DNA of 62,377 nt, counting the filler. It is 5 parts of 5 records of this genome, joined end to end, with 100 filler letters (N's around TTAATTAATTAA, not from the genome) between each part and the next. Parts side by side here need not be neighbours in the genome. Positions count along the whole stretch, not along the records: positions 1 to 13,773 come from DRR723986_13592; 4 more parts are not named here. The stretch is one strand, 5' to 3'. This document shows, piece by piece, positions 1 through 9,927 of the stretch. The notes under the pieces are model-generated. The model made no database searches. It was given only the letters and a program-made list of their open reading frames with translations, and was not told where the DNA came from. Positions within the stretch are counted from its first letter, which is position 1, and the number at the start of each line of letters is the position of its first letter. The position numbers and the translations under genes were made by a program.

Positions 1-489
1 CTGGCTGATGCCTTCCATGAGGCAGCCGTCGCCGGCGATGACATAAGTATGGTGATCAACGAGATCGTCGCCGAAGCGGGCGTTCAGGTGACGCTCTGCC
101 ATGGCCATGCCGACAGCCGTCGCGATGCCCTGCCCCAGCGGGCCGGTCGTGGTCTCGACGCCGGCCGTGTGGAAGTTCTCGGGGTGGCCAGGGGTCGTTG
201 CGCCGAGCTGGCGGAAGTTACGGATATCGTCACGCGAAACAGACTTGTAGCCCGTCAGGTGCAACAGCGAATAGATCAGCATCGAGCCGTGGCCAGCCGA
301 CAGGACGAACCGGTCGCGGTCTGCCCAGGTCGGGTCCGCCGGGTCGAATTTCAGGAATTTGCGGAACAGCACAGTGGCTGCATCCGCCATGCCCAGCGGC
401 AGGCCGACATGGCCCGATTTCGCGGCTTCCACCGCATCCATGGATAGGGCACGAACGGCATTTGCCATGTCCCGGTTGGTTACAGCCAT
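1..489 (-). CDS. tkt: Transketolase, N-terminal part (runs off window start)
   Basis: Manual translation: [33 protein letters not shown]...[15 protein letters not shown]...TTGPLGQG...[11 protein letters not shown]; classic TK motifs. Not in the ORF track because truncated. Confidence 0.97.
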   Translation of the reverse strand, partial: MAVTNRDMANAVRALSMDAVEAAKSGHVGLPLGMADAATVLFRKFLKFDPADPTWADRDRFVLSAGHGSMLIYSLLHLTGYKSVSRDDIRNFRQLGATTPGHPENFHTAGVETTTGPLGQGIATAVGMAMAERHLNARFGDDLVDHHTYVIAGDGCLMEGISQ

Positions 490-593
490 TCTGCTGATCT
501 CCCTCAGTCGCTCCGGATGTGTGCTAGGCCAGACTCCCGAAGCTACGTCAAGCCGCTTGGCGTAGCTGCGTATTGAGTTTAAGCCTTTGAAAC

Positions 594-863
594 ATGAGCG
601 ACATCAACCGCGAATCACGCCGCCTCGATGCGGCCATCCGGCGCCTGGAGGGGGCCGTGGACGGCCTGCTGGCGCGCGCCGGTGATCCCGACGTCGTCGC
701 TGCAGAAATGGCTGCCCTGGTTTCCGACCGCGAAAGACTGGCCGAGGAACTGGACGCGTCCCTCGCCCGTGAGACCGAATTGCAGGCGCTGGCGGACGAA
801 GCCAGCTCCGCGCTCGGCGCTGCCATCGAGGAAGTGCGCGCCGCCCTCGGCAAGGAGGCCTGA
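594..863 (+). CDS. DUF4164 coiled-coil protein (ZauP/ZapB-like), upstream of zapA
   Basis: 89-aa coiled coil ([10 protein letters not shown]...[10 protein letters not shown]); tkt-divergent, zapA-adjacent synteny typical of Alphaproteobacteria. Confidence 0.8.
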   Translation: MSDINRESRRLDAAIRRLEGAVDGLLARAGDPDVVAAEMAALVSDRERLAEELDASLARETELQALADEASSALGAAIEEVRAALGKEA

Positions 864-866
864 GGC

Positions 867-1175
867 ATGGCCAAGGCCGATATCGTCTTACGCGGCCGGA
901 ACTATTCCATCGCCTGTGCCCCCGGCCAGGAAGCGCGGATTGTCGCGCTCTCCCAGCAGCTGGATGCACGGGTGAAGCATATTGCGAGCGCGGTTGGCGA
1001 CATTGGCGAAGACCGTCTGCTGCTGATCACGGCGCTGGCCCTGCTGGATGAGCTGGATGCCGCCCGTCAGACGGGCGGGTCCTCCCCAGCCGCAGAACAG
1101 AAGGCCGCCGAGGCGATGGCCACCATGTCCGAGCGGATCGAGGCGCTGGCGGCACGGCTGGAATCCGGCGGCTGA
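867..1175 (+). CDS. zapA: Cell division protein ZapA
   Basis: GRNYSIACAPGQEARI...LDARV...RLLLITALALLDEL matches ZapA. Confidence 0.92.
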   Translation: MAKADIVLRGRNYSIACAPGQEARIVALSQQLDARVKHIASAVGDIGEDRLLLITALALLDELDAARQTGGSSPAAEQKAAEAMATMSERIEALAARLESGG

Positions 1176-1269
1176 CGTCTTTCAAGCAGGCCGCGACGCT
1201 TTCGCGCCTGTCACCGCTGCCTCGCCAGCCTATGTTAGAAGGGATACAAGGCCGGAAAGGCGACACGAC

Positions 1270-1476
1270 ATGCAAATGCTGATTACCATTCTCTTCTACG
1301 GCGCGATGGCCGCCCTTCTGGTCGTACTGGGCCTTGGCATCGCAAACCTTGCGCGCACCGACGAAAACCAGCCGAGCCGCTCCAACAAGCTGATGCGGAT
1401 GCGTATCTTCATTCAGGCCGTCGTGATTGCCCTTCTGGTGGTCATTGGCTTCATGGCCGGCGCCATTCATTTCTGA
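1270..1476 (+). CDS. Twin transmembrane helix small protein (HIG1-like)
   Basis: MQMLITILF...VLGLGIANL...SNKLMRMRIFIQ; ATG at 1270 after GGAAAGG; usual neighbour of PduO-type genes. Confidence 0.85.
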   Translation: MQMLITILFYGAMAALLVVLGLGIANLARTDENQPSRSNKLMRMRIFIQAVVIALLVVIGFMAGAIHF

Positions 1477-1494
1477 CCTTCCTGAGGAGACCCC

Positions 1495-2067
1495 ATGGTC
1501 AAACTCGACAAGATCTACACACGCACCGGCGACAAGGGGCAGACCCGTCTGTCGACCGGCGAACAGGTGGACAAATGGCATCCCCGCGTTGCCTCCTATG
1601 GCAGCGTTGACGAGGTGAATTCCGCGCTCGGCGTTGCTGCCTTGCATGCGGACAGCGAAATGCTGACCGCCATTCGCCGCATACAGAATGATCTGTTTGA
1701 CCTGGGCGCTGACCTTGCGACGCCCGACCGGGGGCGCGTGCTGGAATGGACGCCGCTGCGCATCGTCGAATCGCAGGTGAAGCGGCTGGAGGAAGAGATC
1801 GACGCGATGAATGCGCGCATTCCGCCGCTGGACAGTTTCATCCTGCCGGGCGGATCGCCTCTGGCCGCGCAGCTGCATGTCGCGCGTACCCTCTGCCGGA
1901 CGGCCGAGCGGAAGATCGCGGAACTTTCCGGCATGGAGAACGAGCCGGTGAGCCCCGAGGCGCTCGCCTTCATCAACCGCCTGTCCGACTGGCTGTTCGT
2001 CGCCGCCCGCGCCGCTAATTCGAATGGTGCCGACGACATCAAATGGGTGCCTGGCGCCAACCGGTAA
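1495..2067 (+). CDS. ATP:cob(I)alamin adenosyltransferase, PduO type
   Basis: KIYTRTGDKGQT, YGSVDEVNS, QNDLFDLGADL, FILPGG, RTLCRTAER, NRLSDWLF motifs. Confidence 0.95.
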   Translation: MVKLDKIYTRTGDKGQTRLSTGEQVDKWHPRVASYGSVDEVNSALGVAALHADSEMLTAIRRIQNDLFDLGADLATPDRGRVLEWTPLRIVESQVKRLEEEIDAMNARIPPLDSFILPGGSPLAAQLHVARTLCRTAERKIAELSGMENEPVSPEALAFINRLSDWLFVAARAANSNGADDIKWVPGANR

Positions 2068-2070
2068 GGC

Positions 2071-3030
2071 CTATTTCCGCATCGCATCCCGGGCTTCCGC
2101 CATCAGGGCGAACAGTTCGATCACCGGGGTGACCTGCCCGTCGCCGCGGTATTCTCGGTAGAGACTGTCGACATTGACCGCGATCCGTTCGGCATCGCCC
2201 CAATTGGCATAATCGCCGAGCGCGATGTCGAGCGCGGCCTCCCGCACGCTGAGGCCTGCGTCATAGCGCTTGCGCGCCTCGGCATCTATATAGGCAAGAT
2301 AGTCAGCAACGCGCTGAACGCCCGCCTTGTCCGTGACCGGACCATGCCCCGGTACGATGATTTCGGCGTCCATACCGATGATCCTGTCGCAGGCATTGAT
2401 CCAGTTCTTCACCGGCCCGGCCCACATGAGGGGCGTGCCATCGATGAAGAGGATATCGCCGGTAAAGACCGTCCGGTCTTGCGGCACATGGACGATCACA
2501 TCGCCGCCGGTATGCGCCGGGCCGACCTCGATCAGCTCGACGGTCTTGTCGCCGATGGTCAGGTCCATCCGGCCGGTGAATGTCTGGGTTGGCAGGCGTT
2601 CTTCCACAGCGTCAAAATCAAAAGGCGCAAAGATATCGGCGAAATAAGCGCCGCCCGGGCCGAGCTGGCCACCCATTTTCTTGAACGTCGCCAGGGCATC
2701 CGGCGGGATTTCAGACATTTCCTTTGCGCTGGCCTCAGAGGCGATGATCTCCGCATGCGGACAACAGCCATTGCCGTGACAGTGATCGCCATTGGCATGC
2801 GTGTTCACAATCGTGCCGATCTCTTCGGCGCGGACCCCCGACGCATCCGCCATGGCGTCCAGCATGTCGCGGGTCAGGTGCATGTCGAACAGCGTGTCGA
2901 CCAGCAGCGACTGGTCTCCGTCTACAATCAGGCCGGCATTCGACCAGCCCCATCCGCCGTCCGGCTGGAGCCATGCGTAAAGCCCGTTGCCGATATCCTT
3001 CAGCCCTTTGGTGTATTCCCAGCGTGGCAT
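2071..3030 (-). CDS. Metallo-beta-lactamase-fold hydrolase (cyclase-like subgroup)
   Basis: WGWSNAGLI, LLVDT, THANGDH, PAHTGGD, FTGDILF, VPGHG motifs. Confidence 0.88.
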   Translation of the reverse strand: MPRWEYTKGLKDIGNGLYAWLQPDGGWGWSNAGLIVDGDQSLLVDTLFDMHLTRDMLDAMADASGVRAEEIGTIVNTHANGDHCHGNGCCPHAEIIASEASAKEMSEIPPDALATFKKMGGQLGPGGAYFADIFAPFDFDAVEERLPTQTFTGRMDLTIGDKTVELIEVGPAHTGGDVIVHVPQDRTVFTGDILFIDGTPLMWAGPVKNWINACDRIIGMDAEIIVPGHGPVTDKAGVQRVADYLAYIDAEARKRYDAGLSVREAALDIALGDYANWGDAERIAVNVDSLYREYRGDGQVTPVIELFALMAEARDAMRK

Positions 3031-3088
3031 GAATGTCTCCCTGTTTTCACGCGCATCAAGGCAGACCCGCGGCCGGCGTGCAAGGGCG

Positions 3089-5635
3089 TTACTTGTGGAA
3101 TATCCGGGTCAGGCCGCCGCTCGTCAGGATGCCGACATCGGCGAGCGCGCCCGGCAGGGCCCGCGCATTCGGGGCTGCGAGGTAAAGCGGCTCCCAGACA
3201 GGATGGAATTTGTCCTTGTAGGCCCGCAGGCCCTCAAAGCCGTAAACGGCATTGGCATGCTCGAACAGGAAAGCGCCGAGGCGCGTCATCGTCGGGGCTA
3301 GCCGGTGCGCCTCCAGACCCGCCAGCGGCGCCATGCCCAGGTCGAAGCGCTGGTATTCCGCCTCCTTCGCCCAGAGCATGGTGGAGACGAAGAGATAATC
3401 CATCACCGCGCGCGGCGCTTCGGCCGAGAACCGCATGAGGTCGATCGCGATCTCCTGCTTGCCGGCCCCCGGCCAGAGATTGGCGAAGGCCACGATCTCT
3501 CCATTCAAGCGCGCCACAGCAATGGGAAAGTTCGCGATATAGTCCGGATCGAACCGGCCGAGCGAAAAGCCCTTCTCCGCACCGCCATGGGCATCCAGCC
3601 AGTCATCGGAAATCTTGTGCAGGCGGTCCATATGCGCAGGCACGTCTTCCGGGCCGAGAACCTCGAAGCTCAACCCGTCGCGGCCTGCGCGATTGTAGAC
3701 CTGCCGCATCCGCGACCTGTCAGACCCTTCCAGAGAGAATTCCGTAAGCGGCACAATCGCCGTCTCCCCGATCTTCTGGACCGACAGGCCAAGTTCGACC
3801 GCGAGCGGTAGGAAATCCCGCCCCACGCCATAAAACACGATGCCAGCCCCGGCGGCATCGGCGGCTTCCCGGAAGGACCAGACAAGTGACGGGATCTCTT
3901 CAGCGAGCCCAACCGGCTGCCCCATCGCGATCCAGTTCGATCCGCGCACGCCGAACATGATGAAAGACCGCCGCGACGGGCTGAAGTGGAACCGTTTGTC
4001 GCCGCTGAGGGCCAGCGCCGCATCAGGCCCGGCCGTGTCGGCGGCGGTAATGATGTCACGGATCTCGCTGAGCGGTGGCGCCTCCTCGGCCGGGGCGTGC
4101 AGCGGACGCAGCCAGTTCCAGGCGAGGAACAGGAAGGTGAGCACGCTGACGCCCGCAGCCGCCCGCAGGAAGCGCGATGTGCCGCCCAGCAGCGCCACCT
4201 GCCACCAGAGCTCGTTCCGGTAATCGACATGTTCGTAGGAGAAGAGGCCCAGCCAGATCACCGCGCCCAGTGTTGCGAGAATGGCGAGCGCCATGACGGG
4301 CGTCAGCCGCATCGCCGTCAGCGGCGTCGCGCGGTAAAAAGCCGGGCGCGACAGACTCAGCACGGCCAGCACGACGAGCAGCGGCGCGGCTTCGCCAAGG
4401 CCTGCGCCCTTGGTCAGGGTCAACGTGATCCCGGCGGCCAGCAACCCGATCGCCACCATCCAGGCATGGCTGAGCCGCCGCGCCAGGCCGTTCGCCACAA
4501 TCAGCAGGAACAGGCCGACGATCGACGCCAGGAAGTGCGACAGCTCGATCAGCGGCAAAGGCAGGTAATGCGCAGCCGCCCTCAGGGGTGCCGGCAGCGC
4601 GGGCGTCATCGCGGCGATCAGCATGTAGGCGCCGCTCGCGAAGGCCAGCAGGCCGAACACAACCGGCGCAAACAGGGTCGCGACATCCCCTGCCCCCCGG
4701 CCGACCCCCTGAAGGGCGGCTCCGTGGCGGCGCAACAGACGGCGGCTCATGCCTGCGGCAGCGATAACCAGCGGCACGAGGTAATAGATCGCACGGAACG
4801 CAATCAGGCTGGCGACGAGACCTTCGACAGGGCTTGCCGGGACGAGCAACAGGATCACCGCCTCGAAGACGCCGATGCCGCCCGGCAGGCCGCTCATCCC
4901 GCCCACCAGGCAGGCGAACGCGAAGACCGGCACGAAAGCGGCGAAGCCGATGGCCGTCTCCGCCGGCAGCAGGGCGAACAGGACAAGGCTCACAGCCATC
5001 CAGTCAACAAGGCTGACCCCGACACGCGCCAACACGCCAGACAGCCCACCTGACACCAGCAGACTAGCATTGCCGGTATGCCAGACAACCAGCGCCAACA
5101 GTGCGCATCCAATGGCAATGGCGGCACGGTCCGGAATGCCGAAATGGACCGGAAAAGCGGACGACTCGAACACAAGGCCGACCCCGCTGAGTAGGAGCGC
5201 GCCGACGGTCAGGCTGATCCGCGTCATGCGGGACACCGTCTGGCTCTCATCGTCCGACAGGCCAAGCCCGCCATAGATCCGGGAACGGACGGCCCCGCCA
5301 GTCAGTTCCATCTCACCAAAGGAATTGCCGACAGCCTGCGCTGTAAAGGAAATGAACGCCATGTCGCGCCACGGCCGCGCGAGGCCGAGATGGCGAAGCG
5401 TCAGACTATCGCGCAGCGTGGCGGCGGAATAACTCATCAGCATGCCGCCCAGCGCGACAAATACTGCCAACGGCGACAACGCGGAAAACCTGGCATAAAT
5501 CAGATGCATCGACAGATGATCGAGCCGCGCATGGATGGCAAAGATCGCCGTCGCGAATGCCGCCAGTGCGAACATGAGCGGCAGAGGATTTGCCTGGTTG
5601 CGCCGCTCCTGAGGCTTGCTTTTTTCGGCCTCCAT
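3089..5635 (-). CDS. mprF: Bifunctional aminoacyl-phosphatidylglycerol flippase/synthase MprF
   Basis: Multi-TM N-terminus with PGGIGVFE; C-terminal synthase domain with GDKRF, KIGETA, EKGFSLG, IDLMR, LGMAPL, YGFEGLRAYKDKFHPVWEP. Confidence 0.93.
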   Translation of the reverse strand: MEAEKSKPQERRNQANPLPLMFALAAFATAIFAIHARLDHLSMHLIYARFSALSPLAVFVALGGMLMSYSAATLRDSLTLRHLGLARPWRDMAFISFTAQAVGNSFGEMELTGGAVRSRIYGGLGLSDDESQTVSRMTRISLTVGALLLSGVGLVFESSAFPVHFGIPDRAAIAIGCALLALVVWHTGNASLLVSGGLSGVLARVGVSLVDWMAVSLVLFALLPAETAIGFAAFVPVFAFACLVGGMSGLPGGIGVFEAVILLLVPASPVEGLVASLIAFRAIYYLVPLVIAAAGMSRRLLRRHGAALQGVGRGAGDVATLFAPVVFGLLAFASGAYMLIAAMTPALPAPLRAAAHYLPLPLIELSHFLASIVGLFLLIVANGLARRLSHAWMVAIGLLAAGITLTLTKGAGLGEAAPLLVVLAVLSLSRPAFYRATPLTAMRLTPVMALAILATLGAVIWLGLFSYEHVDYRNELWWQVALLGGTSRFLRAAAGVSVLTFLFLAWNWLRPLHAPAEEAPPLSEIRDIITAADTAGPDAALALSGDKRFHFSPSRRSFIMFGVRGSNWIAMGQPVGLAEEIPSLVWSFREAADAAGAGIVFYGVGRDFLPLAVELGLSVQKIGETAIVPLTEFSLEGSDRSRMRQVYNRAGRDGLSFEVLGPEDVPAHMDRLHKISDDWLDAHGGAEKGFSLGRFDPDYIANFPIAVARLNGEIVAFANLWPGAGKQEIAIDLMRFSAEAPRAVMDYLFVSTMLWAKEAEYQRFDLGMAPLAGLEAHRLAPTMTRLGAFLFEHANAVYGFEGLRAYKDKFHPVWEPLYLAAPNARALPGALADVGILTSGGLTRIFHK

Positions 5636-5646
5636 CCTGCGACCCC

Positions 5647-8409
5647 CTAGAAGCGATCTAGCAGGCGGCGGAGATATTCGCGTTCTTCTTCGTCGTCGCT
5701 TTCATTGTACCGGCGGCGCAGTTCTTCCAGGATGTCCTTGGCCCGCTGGCGCTCGGCCTCCTCCGGCACGCGGACATTTTCGCCGCTATTGCCCATACCG
5801 CCTGTCTGGCGCCCGAACGGATCATTGGTGGCCTGCCCCTGATTTGTCCGCTCGCGCTGCATTTCGTCCAGCATGGCAGCGAGATTTCGGTTCAGCTCCG
5901 ACAGGCCTTGCGTCGCGCGCTCCTGGTCATTCGACGCGGCGCTTTCATTGCCGCGGGCAAGATTGCCTTCTGCCCCGCGCAGGGCTTCACGGATATCGGC
6001 GAGGGCTTGCGGATCGATCGCACCGCTCAGCGCATCTTCCTGACCCGTCCCTTCCCCGAGGCCGCGTTCGCGGGCGAATTGCTCCACCAGTTCCCCAAGG
6101 CGAGCCTGGCGTTCGGCCAGCGTGCCGCCGCCCTGCGGGGGCGCGCCTTCATCCGTGCCGGCAAAACTGTTCGTTCCCGGACGCTCGCCACCGGGGCGGT
6201 CACCGCCCTGCGCACCGTCCCCTTCGGACGGATTTCCAGCCTCGCCCTGGCCGCCCTGCCCGGGTTGTTGGCCTGGTTGCTGACCTTGTTGGCCGCCTTG
6301 CTGCTGGCCGGAGTCCTGTCCGGACTCCTGCCCTGACTGGCCCTGCTGGCCCGATGGCATCTCGCCGCGCTGCTGCGCCAAGGTGTCATCATTCAGCTGG
6401 CGTTGTTCGCGCAGGATCTCGGACAGGCGCCGCATGGCATCCGTCATCTCCTGCTCTTCCGGCGGCAGGTCTTCCTGTTCTTCGCCTTCCGACTGAGACC
6501 CCGGCATGCCGGCCATGCCGCTGCCGCCCTGTCCGCGCTGGAACTCAAGGTTCTGCAGCATGTTGGTGATGTCGGACAGCAATTGCCGCGCCTGTTCTGT
6601 CGCGCCGGTATCGGTCAGGTCCTGCAAGGCGTTCAGCATGTCCTCGAAATCCTGCCCGCCAAGGCTCTGACCGCCGCCCATGGCCATGCCATCCTGATTT
6701 GCGTCCGGCATCTCGCCGCCATTGGCGATGGCCTCTGCCATTTTTGCGGCGAGATATTCATTGGCTGCGTCGCGGAACGCTTCCATGCGGCGGCGGATTT
6801 CTTCCTCGGAGGCGCCATCCCGCAAAGCCTGCTCCAGCGCCCGGCGAGCTGCTTCAAGCCGGCGCAGCGCATCGGCGGCGCTGCCATATTCCGCCTTAAG
6901 CGCCAGCGACCAGAGCAGCGGGTCAACCGCCCCGGCTTCTTCCTTCGAGCCTGCGGTTTCCAGCATGCCTTCAGCTGTTTTGAAGGTCAGGTAATAGGCC
7001 TGGTTCGGAATATAGCGTTCGCCCATCATCGTGATGGAATCGAGCATCAGGGCCGCCTTCTGAATGTCCGGCGGAGCCATGTTCAGCCTGTTGGCGGCCT
7101 CTGTATTGATCGCGTCCTGTTTGAGAGCGAGCAGGTTCTTCTTCTGTGCCTGATAATCCCTCGGCTCCCGGAGCACGGTGACGCGCACTTCCTGTGCCAC
7201 ACGGGCGAAGGGATCGAGGAACAGCTTTTCCGGCAGGATGAAAGACACGGTCTCGCTCACCCCTTCCTGTCCGGAGGCATCCGTCACGACGAGATGGACC
7301 TCCACCGGAAGCCCGGCCCAGCGGTGGCGGGTCAGATCGATCTGGGTCGTGTCCTTGATTTCCTGCATGCTTGGCGCGGCCAGCGGAATCGCCACACGGT
7401 CTTCCTCGTCGGGGGCGGCCGGATGCGGATCCTTGAGGCGGATCGCGAGCTCCGCTTTCACGACGCCGTAATCGTCATTCGCAATCCAGGCGAACTCCGT
7501 CCGGTCGAGACGGCCATAGGTGGGAATGGACACAAATTCCACCGTGGGCGGATCGTCCGGCGATGCCAGCAGGCGCCAGGCGGCCCGCTCGCCCCACCAG
7601 CGCACGGAGACGCGGGCGTCTTCCTGCAGCGTTGCCTTGGCTTCCCATGCCCCGTCCGGCGTGGCGGCAAATTTCTTCGAACTGCTATGGCGCCCCTTCA
7701 GGATGAGACGCGGCGCGGTCGGTGCTTCAGTGCGCAGCGTGATCTCTGACCCGCGCGGGACACGGACATCGTTGAGGCCCGGCTTCAGAAACACCGGAGC
7801 GCGGCCCGTATGGTCCGGCGGGATGACCCAGGCTTCCACGATCATGTCGTCTGCCCCGACGAGCGCACCATAATCCGGGTTCAGCGCTCTCAGCAGGCGG
7901 CCCGGACCCTCCCCCGCCGCCAGGACAGCAATGCCGACCAGCGCAGCGGGCAGCAGATAGCGCAGGCGGAACGGGTCCAGCGCGCGCCACTCCGCCGACA
8001 GGTTTGGCAGTTTCAGCTCTTGCGCGGCGTTCAGCACCCGATGGCGGTGGCGCACCCAGAGCGCCTGTGCGCCGCGGGACGGGTCTGCCGGCCTGTCTGT
8101 GAGAGAAGAGACCGGTCGCAGTGGCGATTGCCGGTCCAGCAGGTGGACCGCCTCGGCTTCCGCTGGCGGCCTGTACCGGCGAACCCCGCGGAGCAGGAAG
8201 ATTGCGCCGCCAATAAGGAACAGCAATGCCAGCACCGCGCCCATGGCGGCGGGCAGCTGGTCGAACGCACCAGCCAGCGCCATGGACAGGAACAGGATGA
8301 GGAAAACGAACAGCGGCCAGAAGGCCCGGCTGAACGCGAGCAGGCCCAGTCGGCGGCGGGTAGCCGCGACTTTTGCCCCGATCGTCTTCAGTCCGTCCTT
8401 TTCAGCCAA
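5647..8409 (-). CDS. DUF4175 / TIGR02302-type large membrane-anchored protein
   Basis: 920 aa; N-terminal TMs, AWVIPPDHTGRAP, DDYGV, HRWAG, Q/G-rich linker, C-terminal DPFGR...YLRRLL; TTG start overlapping lysA end. Confidence 0.85.
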   Translation of the reverse strand: MAEKDGLKTIGAKVAATRRRLGLLAFSRAFWPLFVFLILFLSMALAGAFDQLPAAMGAVLALLFLIGGAIFLLRGVRRYRPPAEAEAVHLLDRQSPLRPVSSLTDRPADPSRGAQALWVRHRHRVLNAAQELKLPNLSAEWRALDPFRLRYLLPAALVGIAVLAAGEGPGRLLRALNPDYGALVGADDMIVEAWVIPPDHTGRAPVFLKPGLNDVRVPRGSEITLRTEAPTAPRLILKGRHSSSKKFAATPDGAWEAKATLQEDARVSVRWWGERAAWRLLASPDDPPTVEFVSIPTYGRLDRTEFAWIANDDYGVVKAELAIRLKDPHPAAPDEEDRVAIPLAAPSMQEIKDTTQIDLTRHRWAGLPVEVHLVVTDASGQEGVSETVSFILPEKLFLDPFARVAQEVRVTVLREPRDYQAQKKNLLALKQDAINTEAANRLNMAPPDIQKAALMLDSITMMGERYIPNQAYYLTFKTAEGMLETAGSKEEAGAVDPLLWSLALKAEYGSAADALRRLEAARRALEQALRDGASEEEIRRRMEAFRDAANEYLAAKMAEAIANGGEMPDANQDGMAMGGGQSLGGQDFEDMLNALQDLTDTGATEQARQLLSDITNMLQNLEFQRGQGGSGMAGMPGSQSEGEEQEDLPPEEQEMTDAMRRLSEILREQRQLNDDTLAQQRGEMPSGQQGQSGQESGQDSGQQQGGQQGQQPGQQPGQGGQGEAGNPSEGDGAQGGDRPGGERPGTNSFAGTDEGAPPQGGGTLAERQARLGELVEQFARERGLGEGTGQEDALSGAIDPQALADIREALRGAEGNLARGNESAASNDQERATQGLSELNRNLAAMLDEMQRERTNQGQATNDPFGRQTGGMGNSGENVRVPEEAERQRAKDILEELRRRYNESDDEEEREYLRRLLDRF

Positions 8410-9662
8410 TCCGGCACCTGTTCCAGTTGCAGCATTTCCTCGAGATCCGGCCTGCGGCGGACAATGTCGAACCGGTCGCCATTGACCAGAACTTCCGGCA
8501 CGAGGGGTCGTGTATTGTAGGCCGAAGACAGCACAGCGCCATAGGCCCCGGCTGACATGAAGGCGAGACGGTCGCCCGGTGCCACGGCAGGCATTTCGCG
8601 CCCGGCGGCAAACTTGTCGGTCGACTCGCAGATCGGACCGACCACGTCATAGGTCTTTTCCGGCGCATCCGTCGCGGCCTGTTTCAGCGGCCGGATATCG
8701 TGATGGGCGCCGTAGAGCGCCGGACGCATCAGATCGTTCATGCCGGCATCGACGATCAGGAAGGACCGGTCCGGCGCGGCTTTCTCATAGAGCGCCGTGG
8801 TCAGCATGACGCCAGCATTGCCCGCGATGACCCGGCCGGGCTCCAGGATCACCTGAACACCTAGACCCTCGCTGACCTCCGCGATCATGGCGGCATAGGC
8901 CGATGGCGGGGGTGGTTCGTCGCCCTGCTTATAGGGAATGCCAAGGCCGCCGCCGACATCAATACGCGCAATGTCGTGCCCGGCTGCGCGCAGGCGCTGG
9001 GCTAAGCCCACCACCTTCTCAAACGCGGCCCGCATCGGGACGAGGTCGCCTATCTGGCTGCCGATATGAACATCGACGCCAACGACCTTGATGCCGGGGA
9101 GCGTCGCCGCTTCGGCGTAGAGGTCTTCGGCTTCGGTCCACGGCACGCCGAACTTGTCACCCTTCTTGCCGGTAGAGATGTTCGGGTGGCCGCCCGCAGC
9201 AACATCCGGATTCACACGGATGGCGATGGGTGCCTCAAAGCCGATGCCGTTCGCGACATAGGACAGAAGGCGAAGTTCTGCCGCGCTTTCAACATTGAAC
9301 TGGTGGATGCCTTCGCGCAGGCCGAGTTCCATCTCGCGCGCCGTCTTGCCGACGCCGGAAAACACGATCTTCGACGCCGGGATCCCCGCCCGCAGGGCGC
9401 GCTGCAGCTCGCCGCCGCTGACCACATCGGCCCCGCAGCCTTCCGCCGCCAGCGTTGCCAGGACCGCAAGGTTCGAATTGGCCTTCACCGAAAAGGCGAT
9501 CAGGCAGTCCTGCCCCTCGAAGGCCGAGGCGATCACCCGGGCATGCCGTTGAAGCGTCGCGGTGGAATAAACGTAGCAAGGCGTGCCCACTTCGTCGGCC
9601 AGCTTCGCCAGATCGACGTCTTCGCAGTGCAGCCGTCCGTCCCGGTAATCGAAGTGGTGCAT
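8388..9662 (-). CDS. lysA: Diaminopimelate decarboxylase
   Basis: GTPCYVYS, FSVKANSN (PLP Lys), HIGSQI, EPGR, GPICESTD, AGAYG. Confidence 0.97.
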   Translation of the reverse strand: MHHFDYRDGRLHCEDVDLAKLADEVGTPCYVYSTATLQRHARVIASAFEGQDCLIAFSVKANSNLAVLATLAAEGCGADVVSGGELQRALRAGIPASKIVFSGVGKTAREMELGLREGIHQFNVESAAELRLLSYVANGIGFEAPIAIRVNPDVAAGGHPNISTGKKGDKFGVPWTEAEDLYAEAATLPGIKVVGVDVHIGSQIGDLVPMRAAFEKVVGLAQRLRAAGHDIARIDVGGGLGIPYKQGDEPPPPSAYAAMIAEVSEGLGVQVILEPGRVIAGNAGVMLTTALYEKAAPDRSFLIVDAGMNDLMRPALYGAHHDIRPLKQAATDAPEKTYDVVGPICESTDKFAAGREMPAVAPGDRLAFMSAGAYGAVLSSAYNTRPLVPEVLVNGDRFDIVRRRPDLEEMLQLEQVPDWLKRTD

Positions 9663-9671
9663 CGGCGCCGC

Positions 9672-9923
9672 CTAGCTGCCGACTTCGGCGAGCGCGCCGT
9701 CATCGACGGGCGTCACGGGCTTTGCGTCCGGCACGATACCGCCCCACTGGTTCACCTGCGGGCCGTCTTCGGGCTCGACCACGGCGGCCACAGCAAGGGG
9801 CTCGTAAGCGCCAGGCGCATTCACCGCACGGATCCCGTCGGCCGCGACACAGGCACCCAGCGCACCAAGAAGGGCAAGACCGGTGAGCCATTGCCCGGCC
9901 GGCCGCAAAACACGTCTGTTCAT
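9672..9923 (-). CDS. Small putative lipoprotein, 83 aa
   Basis: ATG at 9923 preceded by GGAGGA; lipobox LGAC; fills the gap in the argH-lysA operon. Confidence 0.65.
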   Translation of the reverse strand: MNRRVLRPAGQWLTGLALLGALGACVAADGIRAVNAPGAYEPLAVAAVVEPEDGPQVNQWGGIVPDAKPVTPVDDGALAEVGS

Positions 9924-9927
9924 GAAA

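Noticed and set aside
1176-1269. Possible 6S RNA (ssrS) downstream of zapA
   Set aside because: The spacer is only 94 bp and holds the next gene's RBS; too short for a 6S RNA, and no long rod structure is evident.
6200-6360. Q/G-rich repeats inside DUF4175
   Set aside because: Ordinary low-complexity linker typical of this family.
6403-7749. Long antisense ORFs (e.g. 6403-7749, 10307-11608, 19926-21299, 48031-49368, 58902-60218)
   Set aside because: Shadow frames opposite well-supported genes in GC-biased DNA, with no recognisable motifs.
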